Virus record (IMG/VR): IMGVR_UViG_3300042563_001894
DNA: 64,000 nucleotides
Strand: one strand, 5' to 3'
DNA from: a virus
Taxonomy: Duplodnaviria > Heunggongvirae > Uroviricota > Caudoviricetes
The notes beneath the pieces were generated by a model. The model had not been told where the DNA came from. It ran no database searches and saw nothing but the letters and a program-made list of their open reading frames with translations. The position numbers and the translations under genes were made by a program. This document shows positions 18,869 to 26,622 of this stretch, piece by piece (the first letter of the stretch is position 1; each line of letters opens with the position of its first letter).

Positions 18869-19162
18869 ATGATAAAACTAATACAAAAAATTATGAAAGC
18901 AATATTAAATTTTATTGATGCTTGGGGTGTTAGAATAATGTTTTTACTTGTGGTAATCATTTTCTTCAAAACCTGTACAACTAACACAAAAATTCAAAAT
19001 GTTAACGATAGTGTTGATTCATTATCGGTTAAACTTATTAAAGAAATAAAGATTGAAGGTCTTAAATCAGAGAAAAGAGCTATTCAAGCGTCAGATAGAA
19101 AAATATTAGATGTTAATAGACAAACTGAGATTGACCAAGAAATATCTAAATTAGAAAAATAA
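18869..19162 (+). CDS. Small membrane protein (single N-terminal TM); holin-like candidate
   Basis: 97 aa, hydrophobic IMFLLVVIIFF near the N-terminus. Sits upstream of the amidase-containing module. Confidence 0.4.
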   Translation: MIKLIQKIMKAILNFIDAWGVRIMFLLVVIIFFKTCTTNTKIQNVNDSVDSLSVKLIKEIKIEGLKSEKRAIQASDRKILDVNRQTEIDQEISKLEK

Positions 19163-19923
19163 TGAAGAAAATATGGAATTGGGTTATTGAACACCCAAAT
19201 AGAGCAATGTTCTTAGTCCCAATTTTATTGGTTGCGGGAATATCAATATCACACGTTGTTTCTTGGTATAATTTAGCCAACCCAATAAGTTGGGCAATTT
19301 ACTTATCGATAGCTATTGAGATTGGTGCTATGACAGCATTGGTTGCCGCTACCAACAAAATTAAAGGTGGTGTGTGGTTTATGTTTGGATTAATAACATT
19401 CATCCAAATGATTGGTAATATCTTTTTCTGTTATAAAGAAATTGATGAAACAGGTGAATTATTTAAATCTTGGATGGAATTAACCGGACCGGTATGGGAA
19501 ATGTTAGGTTCAAAAGCTAATGATGTTATTACGATGAAAAGATGGTTAGCGTTTTTAGAAGGTGGGTTACTTCCAATTATTTCATTGACTTCTTTACATT
19601 TCTTCACCAAATACGATGATGGTAAAACTGATAAGGAAGAGGTAAAAGAGATAATTAAAGAAGTTATTGTAGAAAAAGAGGTAATTAAAGAAGTTCCGGT
19701 AGAAGTTGAAAAAATTGTTGAGGTTGAAAAAATTGTTGAGGTTGAAAAAATTGTTGAGGTTGAAAAAATAGTTGAGGTTGAGAAAATAGTTGAGGTTGAG
19801 AAAATAGTTGAAATTCCAGTTTATCAATCAGAATCTATTGATATAAAAGATGAATATGTTAGTCCGGGAATGGACACACACGAACCACCACGTCCAAATA
19901 GGTTAAGTTACGTTAAACCATAA
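19162..19923 (+). CDS. Polytopic membrane protein with a (VEKIVE)6 tandem repeat
   Basis: About 4 TM segments in the N-terminal 150 aa, then ...EVIKEVPVEVEKIVE(VEKIVE)5IPV..., encoded by perfect 18-bp repeats. Confidence 0.55.
   Translation: MKKIWNWVIEHPNRAMFLVPILLVAGISISHVVSWYNLANPISWAIYLSIAIEIGAMTALVAATNKIKGGVWFMFGLITFIQMIGNIFFCYKEIDETGELFKSWMELTGPVWEMLGSKANDVITMKRWLAFLEGGLLPIISLTSLHFFTKYDDGKTDKEEVKEIIKEVIVEKEVIKEVPVEVEKIVEVEKIVEVEKIVEVEKIVEVEKIVEVEKIVEIPVYQSESIDIKDEYVSPGMDTHEPPRPNRLSYVKP
19705..19812. repeat. Six tandem 18-bp repeats (GTTGA[A/G]AAAAT[T/A]GTTGAG)
   Basis: Near-perfect copies at 19705, 19723, 19741, 19759, 19777 and 19795. Confidence 0.9.
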
Positions 19924-19941
19924 AACATTAATCTATATGGA

Positions 19942-20538
19942 ATGATAGACATAATTAAATATGGTGAATTCAAACCTGTTGGAAAACAAAAAAAGAAACA
20001 CCAAATAATACTTACACACACATCAAGAAACATCAACGACTATCTTCAGTCGTTGAAGTTTCGTTTTAACGGGGGTTTTAAAAGAATTCCTAACTACATT
20101 ATTACCCGGGAGGGTAAAATTATACAATTATTGGGAAACACCGAACACTCGGAATACTTCAAAGACCCCAATATAAATCGTAATTCAATTATCATATCAT
20201 TAGAAAATTTAGGGTGGTTACAAAAAGAACCACTAACTGACCATTACATTAACTGGATTGGGGATATTTATAAGGGTAGCGTGTTTGAAAAAAAGTGGAG
20301 AGATTACTTTTTTTGGCAACCATATACTGAAACTCAAGTTGATAATCTTGGGTTATTATGTAAGGAATTGTTTGAAAGTGTAAAGATTAAATCACAAATT
20401 GTTGAACATAACACAAAAATAAGCGGGATTGAAAAATATTGTGGGATTGTAACTAAAAGTAATTTTGGTGTTGATTATACCGATGTTAGTCCGGCATTTA
20501 AATTTAATGAACTTTTAAAAAAAATAGAAAATGAATAA
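19942..20538 (+). CDS. N-acetylmuramoyl-L-alanine amidase (Amidase_2/PGRP, T7 lysozyme-like); putative endolysin
   Basis: By-eye alignment to T7 gp3.5 from memory: IILTHTS ~ IFVHCSA (Zn His), NYIITREGKII ~ YHFIIKRDGTV (Tyr), NRNSIIISLEN ~ NHNSIGVCLVG, and EH...EKYC ~ HH...PKAC (His, Lys, Cys ligands present). Confidence 0.6.
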   Translation: MIDIIKYGEFKPVGKQKKKHQIILTHTSRNINDYLQSLKFRFNGGFKRIPNYIITREGKIIQLLGNTEHSEYFKDPNINRNSIIISLENLGWLQKEPLTDHYINWIGDIYKGSVFEKKWRDYFFWQPYTETQVDNLGLLCKELFESVKIKSQIVEHNTKISGIEKYCGIVTKSNFGVDYTDVSPAFKFNELLKKIENE

Positions 20539-21148
20539 TTCACACGACGAAATTAAACAATTATTAAATGTTTCTCGAAGATTATTGGGGGATAATAATG
20601 TAAATGAAGATATCCGTAGACAATATGGGTTATTGACAGAACAGGGTGTTGATTTGACAGATAATAATGTTACATCAAAAGTTAATGTGACTAAATCTGT
20701 TGAGGACAAAATTGATTATGATACCGCTGATACTGAAGAAGAACTTGAATCTGAGGATGATAAAAAGCAAGCGTATAGAATTTCCGGTGGATTATTGGTT
20801 TTACACGGAAAAGAACAAACAGATTTAGAGTTAACGACAGATGAGAAGATAGCGTTTCAAGAAACAATGGATGAGTTTGTTTCTAACGTTTCTGATATGG
20901 TTGATTTTAATAAATTAAACGTATATTCCAATAATGTTGAATGGTCCGGGAAACTTATTGAATTTGATATTGAATTTTTCTTTTCGATAGGTGAAGAAAA
21001 TGGTGTTTACATCAATGGAGAAATGTTAAACGCTGATAATGAATTCATCGCGTTAATTACTAAATTAAAAACTTATTACGAGAAATTCAAATCAAAATGG
21101 GCGGCTGTATTATCATCAAGAAAGAAAACAATTAAAACTGAAGAATAA
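20531..21148 (+). CDS. Hypothetical acidic protein
   Basis: 205-aa ORF; its start overlaps the amidase stop. Confidence 0.5.
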   Translation: MNNSHDEIKQLLNVSRRLLGDNNVNEDIRRQYGLLTEQGVDLTDNNVTSKVNVTKSVEDKIDYDTADTEEELESEDDKKQAYRISGGLLVLHGKEQTDLELTTDEKIAFQETMDEFVSNVSDMVDFNKLNVYSNNVEWSGKLIEFDIEFFFSIGEENGVYINGEMLNADNEFIALITKLKTYYEKFKSKWAAVLSSRKKTIKTEE

Positions 21149-21519
21149 TGGAAGATATTAGTAAAAATAAAGATGGTATTATTTTATTGGTAATTATTGC
21201 CTGTTTGGTAGGGTGGAATATTTTCACAACCAATACAATAAAAACGGATGTTAAAGGTTATGGGAAAAAAATTGAAAATATCCAAACAAAAATTGATTCC
21301 TCACAAGTTGTTAATAAACAAATTAACACTAAAATTGGTGAGGTAAAAGAAAATGTAACAACTATCAGTAATGAAATCCATCACATTGATAAAAACATAA
21401 CAGTAATTAAAAAACAAACAAATGAGAAAGTTAATAACGTTGATAATATTCCTGACAGTGAGCTTGAGTTGTTTTTCACAAACAAATACGAACAACCAAC
21501 CCCAAAATCAGGTAATTAG
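21148..21519 (+). CDS. Type-II membrane protein with coiled-coil; i-spanin-like
   Basis: 123 aa with N-terminal TM (GIILLVIIACLVGWNIF) and a coiled-coil-like periplasmic part. Its 3' end is overlapped in the +1 frame by a lipoprotein ORF. Confidence 0.45.
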   Translation: MEDISKNKDGIILLVIIACLVGWNIFTTNTIKTDVKGYGKKIENIQTKIDSSQVVNKQINTKIGEVKENVTTISNEIHHIDKNITVIKKQTNEKVNNVDNIPDSELELFFTNKYEQPTPKSGN

Positions 21520-21862
21520 TGATACAACAAGAGTTAAGTTAAAACCATCGACAGCTAGACTAGCGATAAAAGATATTGTTAGAGGTGAAGGTTGTGAATT
21601 AGAGTTAAAATTAACTCAAGAAAAAGTTATAAAGTTAGAATCTAGAGAATCTCAAAAGGATACTATCATTTCTTTATTAGAATCCAAAGATAAGAATAAT
21701 CAATTTATTATTAGTCAACAAGGATTACAGGTTGATGAATTTAGAAATATGACTAATGATTTGAAAAAAGAAATAAAACAAATGAGGGTTAAAACTTTTT
21801 TATACAAAGTGGGAACATTTGTTGGTATATTAACAACTTCGTATTTATTAATTGTAAGATAA
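21422..21862 (+). CDS. Putative outer-membrane lipoprotein (o-spanin/u-spanin-like) overlapping the previous gene
   Basis: Signal peptide MRKLITLIIFLTVSLSC|FSQ with a lipobox-like LSC. Hydrophobic C-terminal segment FVGILTTSYLLIV. Starts 98 nt inside the previous ORF in another frame. Confidence 0.4.
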   Translation: MRKLITLIIFLTVSLSCFSQTNTNNQPQNQVISDTTRVKLKPSTARLAIKDIVRGEGCELELKLTQEKVIKLESRESQKDTIISLLESKDKNNQFIISQQGLQVDEFRNMTNDLKKEIKQMRVKTFLYKVGTFVGILTTSYLLIVR

Positions 21863-21863
21863 T

Positions 21864-22109
21864 ATGTCACTAACTACAACAGATAAAAAGGAGATTGAAA
21901 CGTTAGTTCGTAAAGAAATTAAAGATTTCTTTGGGAGTAATACTATGCAACAATATGAAAATAAACTAATAGATGTTATTTCCAAAGAACTTAAACGAGG
22001 TAAACTTGAGGGGGATGTTAAAGATATTACATTAAGAATGTTCCGTGAGTTCTACCAATTTATGTGGATGAATAGAAGTTATTGGGAACCAAGACTTAAA
22101 AACGCATAA
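21864..22109 (+). CDS. Hypothetical protein
   Basis: 81-aa ORF, tightly packed against its neighbours. Confidence 0.45.
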   Translation: MSLTTTDKKEIETLVRKEIKDFFGSNTMQQYENKLIDVISKELKRGKLEGDVKDITLRMFREFYQFMWMNRSYWEPRLKNA

Positions 22110-22112
22110 CAT

Positions 22113-22871
22113 ATGAGACTAAAAGAAAGTATTGGGACTGATTTGAAAAGCGCTATGTCAACTGAAATGGGAAAATTGTCTACAATTACTAGTGGTGGTA
22201 TTGATGCGGCGGTTGCAGCTAACGAATTTAAAAATGAAATCCCGGAAAATAATAATAAAATAATTAAAAAACCAATGAAAAAGGTTGATATCGGCAAATT
22301 AGTGGGTAAGAGTAAACTTAAAACACCAACAGGTAAATTAACAATGGGACTACCAATAATGGGTGAAGATAGTGAAACATCTGAATCTACCGGTTCAGGT
22401 TCCGCAGGAGGGTTTGAGGCTCCATTATTCTCTGAAACTAAACAAGAGATGCAAGAAAAATGTTGGACAGGTTTTGAACAAAAGGGTATGAAAAAGAAAG
22501 GTACACGAATGGTCCCTAATTGTGTAAGAGAAGGTGACGAGGGTGATATTAAAAAAGTTGAGGCTACTGAATCAACAGGTTCAGGTTCTTCCGGTTCTTA
22601 TGAAACTACCGCCGCTTGGGCTAAATCTCAAAGTAAAAAAGATTGGAGAGGAAAGTCTAAGACACAAATACCCGGAGGAAAGTTTGTTCAAGTTAAAAAG
22701 AAATGTCAAAAATTTCCATATTGTAATCAAGGAGATATTAAAGCTCTAAAAATATTTGAAAATGAAAAGGTTAAGAAAGCTATTCAAAATATTAGTGAGA
22801 GACATAATATAAGTGAGAATGTTATTAAAACAATTATCGCTTATGAGTATGAAAATACCTTTTCAAAGTAA
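22113..22871 (+). CDS. Hypothetical Lys-rich protein with GSGS linkers
   Basis: 252 aa; carries ESTGSGSAGGFE and ESTGSGSSGSYE repeats. Confidence 0.5.
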   Translation: MRLKESIGTDLKSAMSTEMGKLSTITSGGIDAAVAANEFKNEIPENNNKIIKKPMKKVDIGKLVGKSKLKTPTGKLTMGLPIMGEDSETSESTGSGSAGGFEAPLFSETKQEMQEKCWTGFEQKGMKKKGTRMVPNCVREGDEGDIKKVEATESTGSGSSGSYETTAAWAKSQSKKDWRGKSKTQIPGGKFVQVKKKCQKFPYCNQGDIKALKIFENEKVKKAIQNISERHNISENVIKTIIAYEYENTFSK

Positions 22872-22910
22872 TAAAGTTAAAAACTAATATATTTATAATA
22901 AAAACTAAAA

Positions 22911-24227
22911 ATGAAAAAATTAAATACAACTTATTTAGATAATTTAGTGTCTAAAATTTTAAAAGAAACTTTAGAAGAAAAGGCGGACACTCTTGTTTCA
23001 AAGATTAAAGGTGACGTTTGCGAATGTGGGGGTCAAATGTATGAAGGTGAATGTAATGAATGTGGTGGTATGTATGAGGATATGAGTGAAGGAATTTACG
23101 ATGTTGATAACACATTAGATGATGAGTTTGATTATGTTGGAGAAAGTGAAGACTTTGTTGGTGATGAAGAAAACACTGACGAAGATAGAGAAAAAACTTG
23201 TAGATACCATATTGAAAATTTTGGTAAAGAAGACCCTGTTACTAAAGAAATGTGTCAAGGTATTAATATTACCGAGGCATTAAAAGGTCGTCAAAGAAAA
23301 TTGGATAAAAACAAAAACAATAAGATTGATGCTGAAGACTTTGAAATGTTAAGAAATAAATCAAAAAATAGTAAAGCCATTAAAAGAATTAACAAAATTT
23401 CTACAACACACGGAATGGAAGAACAAGAAACGGAAGAAGGTAATGCTTTCTCAGGAGCGTTATCTAACGCTAAAAAAAGTGGTAAAGATTCTTTTGAAGT
23501 AGATGGTAAAAAATATCCGGTTAAAGAATCGTATAGATTGACTGAAAATGAAATGGTTGGGTTAATTGAGAAAATTGTGTTAGAACAAAAAAATAAAGAA
23601 GTTAAAGACCCTGCGGAAAAAAATAACATTAAAGGTTTTGGAGGTTCTCCAAGAGGATTAGAGGTTTATAAAAAAGCTCACAATGGTTCCGGAAAGGAAA
23701 ATGATGATAACATTAAAGCGGTTACCAAAAAAATGAAAGATTATCTTAAAGATGGTTCTAAAGGTGATTATGAAATGAACCCTAAAATGTTTCCTAAAGG
23801 AAATGGTGAAATAGAAAAGATGAAGAAAAAGGCTTATACTATGTCAGATGCGGGTCAAGAATTTATTGATGATTTTATGAGTCCTGGTATGGAAAATTTA
23901 GACTATGACCAAATAGAACCGAATGAAGAACAAATAACTAATAACATTGAAGGTTCTTCTAAAACAGGTAATAACTCTGAATGGGGTAATGCTGTTGAAA
24001 CAGATGTTAACAAAAAGATTAATGCCAAACGTAAAGCTAATAAATTTGCTAAAGTAAGAAATATGGCTTATCAAAAATCTGCTCAACCTATTAAAGATGC
24101 GACAGGTGAGGATAGTGGTAAAGGTATTAACCTTAAATTGGAATCTACTGAAAAGAAAACAAAACAAATCAACGAAGAGTTTGACAGAATGAAATCGTTA
24201 ATTAGTTACGACCGAAAAACACAATAA
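22911..24227 (+). CDS. Hypothetical K/E-rich protein
   Basis: 438-aa ORF preceded by ATATATTTATAATAAAAAC, a copy of the recurrent A/T motif. Confidence 0.5.
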   Translation: MKKLNTTYLDNLVSKILKETLEEKADTLVSKIKGDVCECGGQMYEGECNECGGMYEDMSEGIYDVDNTLDDEFDYVGESEDFVGDEENTDEDREKTCRYHIENFGKEDPVTKEMCQGINITEALKGRQRKLDKNKNNKIDAEDFEMLRNKSKNSKAIKRINKISTTHGMEEQETEEGNAFSGALSNAKKSGKDSFEVDGKKYPVKESYRLTENEMVGLIEKIVLEQKNKEVKDPAEKNNIKGFGGSPRGLEVYKKAHNGSGKENDDNIKAVTKKMKDYLKDGSKGDYEMNPKMFPKGNGEIEKMKKKAYTMSDAGQEFIDDFMSPGMENLDYDQIEPNEEQITNNIEGSSKTGNNSEWGNAVETDVNKKINAKRKANKFAKVRNMAYQKSAQPIKDATGEDSGKGINLKLESTEKKTKQINEEFDRMKSLISYDRKTQ

Positions 24228-24255
24228 TTTACAAACAAATATTTTAACTTATAAT

Positions 24256-24290
24256 TTCTCCATAGACGAACTCTATGGAGAATTTTTTTA
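24256..24290 (+). terminator. Strong hairpin TCTCCATAG-acgaact-CTATGGAGA followed by a T-run
   Basis: 9-bp perfect stem followed by ATTTTTTTA. The annotated ATG of the next ORF (24275) lies inside the 3' arm. Confidence 0.6.
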
Positions 24291-24739
24291 ACTACATATC
24301 AAAACCTTTATTACCGGAAGACGTTGACGTTTGGTTCCGAGGTAATAATATAATTTCTGAAAAATTGGAATTATATTCTGATTTCACGCATTCACTCAAT
24401 AGTCTGATTTTAAATACTTATTTAGGTGAGAATGATGTTAACGAAACTAAAATTGTTTTAAGTGAATCTGATGATAAAAATCACTTCGAGTGGTGTTGGA
24501 ATAAAACCATAGATAATTTTGATAAAGAAAACATTAAATTTAATAAAAAAGGTGAACACTTTGATTATTTTGAATCTTTTTTTGGGGAGACATTTTACAA
24601 TCAAAAAGACACTAAAGTAAAATCCTCAATAGGGTTCTTTTTTACGGACCTATTTAACAATGAAAAACTATTTACTAAATCAGATTTAGATATGATAACA
24701 ACCATTTATAAATTGTTGGATAAGTATTTAAAACATTAA
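24275..24739 (+). CDS. Hypothetical protein; its start codon is embedded in the terminator hairpin
   Basis: 154-aa ORF MENFFNYISKP... The true start is uncertain. Confidence 0.4.
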   Translation: MENFFNYISKPLLPEDVDVWFRGNNIISEKLELYSDFTHSLNSLILNTYLGENDVNETKIVLSESDDKNHFEWCWNKTIDNFDKENIKFNKKGEHFDYFESFFGETFYNQKDTKVKSSIGFFFTDLFNNEKLFTKSDLDMITTIYKLLDKYLKH

Positions 24740-24818
24740 AAAGGGTGATAGTATTTACTATAGGGTAAAAAAAATTACTTTTACTATTATAAAAAATAAA
24801 TAAATTAAAATTATTCAG

Positions 24819-24995
24819 ATGGAAACGTTAGAACAAATTAAGTCATTGGTAGAAGAACTATCAGTAGACACAACAAAATTTTTCGGTGGTAATAATAGCG
24901 CCGGAACAAGAGCTAGAAAATCAGCACAAGATTTAAAAAAATTATTAGATGGTCTAAGAAAAGAGATTTTATCTGAAAGAAAAGGGGGAGAATAA
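24819..24995 (+). CDS. Small histone-H1-like basic DNA-binding protein (58 aa); not in the ORF track
   Basis: METLEQIKSLVEELSVDTTKFFGGNNSAGTRARKSAQDLKKLLDGLRKEILSERKGGE. The AGTRARK...LKK pattern resembles the short histone-H1-like proteins annotated in Bacteroidetes. Confidence 0.45.
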   Translation: METLEQIKSLVEELSVDTTKFFGGNNSAGTRARKSAQDLKKLLDGLRKEILSERKGGE

Positions 24996-25183
24996 TGACG
25001 GATATTAATACAATTTATTTATTTGTATTTATCTTTTCAACGTTAACTGTTGTTAAGACAGTTGGTAGAATAATGAGTTCCCTATTTTCAAACCCACCAA
25101 AACCAATTGTATGGGGGAAATGGGAACTTATCTTTCTTGGATTGGCAATTACATATTGCTTAACATATATTATAAAAAATTAA
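24995..25183 (+). CDS. Small membrane protein
   Basis: 62 aa with two hydrophobic segments. Its ATG overlaps the upstream stop (TAATGA). Confidence 0.35.
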   Translation: MTDINTIYLFVFIFSTLTVVKTVGRIMSSLFSNPPKPIVWGKWELIFLGLAITYCLTYIIKN

Positions 25184-25185
25184 TT

Positions 25186-25620
25186 ATGAGTTTATATAAA
25201 GAATTTTCATCTCTATTACCTTATTTACAGTCTGTTAGAAAATTAGAAAACTATTTAAGTTTTGACGTTAGTTTCCCAACATCTTGGAAGTTACCTAAAA
25301 AATATGTAGATGAAGAAAAGGTAATGGAACAAACTAGTAAAATTGAAGAACATCGATTTTTTTCATTTGTTTCGGAAATATCTGAAGAAAATGTGGGGAT
25401 TATTTCTAGTAATTTAAAAAGTATTATACAATACAATCTTGAGTTAGAAGAAAAAGATAGGTTATTCCAAAATAAAGTTAACGAATTAAAGTCAATATTT
25501 GAGAGACAAAATTTAACAAATTTAAAAGATTTAAGTTTTGAGATGAGACCAAAGACAAAAAAAATAAAATTAGACGATGGGGAAGAAAGCGTTAAAGGAA
25601 TTGGAGTTACTGAATCGTGA
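25186..25620 (+). CDS. Hypothetical protein (start moved to the ATG after the upstream stop)
   Basis: The ORF track starts at 25111 and overlaps the previous gene. The in-frame ATG at 25186 (MSLYKEFSS...) gives a 2-nt intergenic gap. Confidence 0.45.
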   Translation: MSLYKEFSSLLPYLQSVRKLENYLSFDVSFPTSWKLPKKYVDEEKVMEQTSKIEEHRFFSFVSEISEENVGIISSNLKSIIQYNLELEEKDRLFQNKVNELKSIFERQNLTNLKDLSFEMRPKTKKIKLDDGEESVKGIGVTES

Positions 25621-25740
25621 TATAATTAAAAATGACCTTATCTTAAAACGAGATAAGGAAATTTTAATTGATAAAATTAAACAAATTCGTAAAGAAGATG
25701 TTGTACCAAAACAACCTGAACCACCTAAAAAATTAACATT

Positions 25741-25992
25741 ATGGCAGAGAATAAAAGTATTGATGGGATAATTGAAAAGTTGGCGCTTGTTGCAGATGGA
25801 TTACAAACATTATTTCCGGATGGGACTATGGCGATTGCGATGGAACTTAACTACGATGATTATAAGAAAGTTCAAAAAAACTTTAGAGATGTTGATAGAG
25901 ATTTCAAACAATTTAAGATTGATATGTCCGGTGTTGAATTTATGTTTTTATTGAAGGATGGGTCGTTGTCTGACGCTGTAAGTAATTCTTAG
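25741..25992 (+). CDS. Hypothetical protein
   Basis: 83-aa ORF, convergent with the minus-strand gene 25940..26584. Confidence 0.4.
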   Translation: MAENKSIDGIIEKLALVADGLQTLFPDGTMAIAMELNYDDYKKVQKNFRDVDRDFKQFKIDMSGVEFMFLLKDGSLSDAVSNS

Positions 25993-26584
25993 AAAACCCA
26001 TTCTCAATTAATAAATTGTATAAGTATTTTCTTTGAGCGTTAGAATAATCTTTAACAAACATAGTGTCATATCTTTTTTGTTCTATAAAGAATTCAGATA
26101 TCACATCAATAAATCTACTTGAGTCGTAATCATTCTTCAATGTAAATAAATTAAATTTATCGTCATTTTGAACAATAATTTTATTATTTAATTTTGATAC
26201 TAATTTAAGTCCCGGTGGGTCCAAATATAATTTAATAAACTCTTTTGAGTTTATTTTTTTATTTAAAGTAGTGTCTAAAATATTTTCTTCAGTATGGTAT
26301 GTGGTGATTTTTTTAATTGAAAAATCTTCATCATCTAAATTCACTTTTACATTTCTTCCTAACTCATCTTTTAAAAATACAGGTAGAAAAGTTCCCGATA
26401 CCTTTTCGAGGATGGCAATTTCATAATTAAAAGAAAATCCATTTTCATATTGTTTGTTAAACAATACGTTGTTACTATTATCCAATAAAGATTCGTAGAA
26501 GTTATTTGCTCTATTTGAGGTCTTAAACTTCTTGATTATTTTCTTTTTTACTTTATTTTTAAATAGAACAATTAAATAATTCAT
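25940..26584 (-). CDS. Hypothetical protein on the opposite strand (moron-like)
   Basis: 214-aa ORF, K/N-rich, divergent from dnaJ. Confidence 0.5.
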   Translation of the reverse strand: MNYLIVLFKNKVKKKIIKKFKTSNRANNFYESLLDNSNNVLFNKQYENGFSFNYEIAILEKVSGTFLPVFLKDELGRNVKVNLDDEDFSIKKITTYHTEENILDTTLNKKINSKEFIKLYLDPPGLKLVSKLNNKIIVQNDDKFNLFTLKNDYDSSRFIDVISEFFIEQKRYDTMFVKDYSNAQRKYLYNLLIENGFSKNYLQRQTTTHPSIKT

Positions 26585-26622
26585 AATAAATAATTTAACT
26601 TTAAATATAGTAGAAGTAAAGA

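Noticed and set aside
19705-19812. Regularly spaced 18-bp direct repeats, checked as a possible CRISPR array
   Set aside because: The repeats are contiguous with no spacers and lie in-frame inside a CDS, so they are a coding VNTR and not a CRISPR array.
25577-25771. 64-aa ORF overlapping the end of 25186..25620 by 44 nt
   Set aside because: It may be real (basic, coiled-coil-like), but the overlap and lack of a start context make it uncertain, so it is not listed as a feature.
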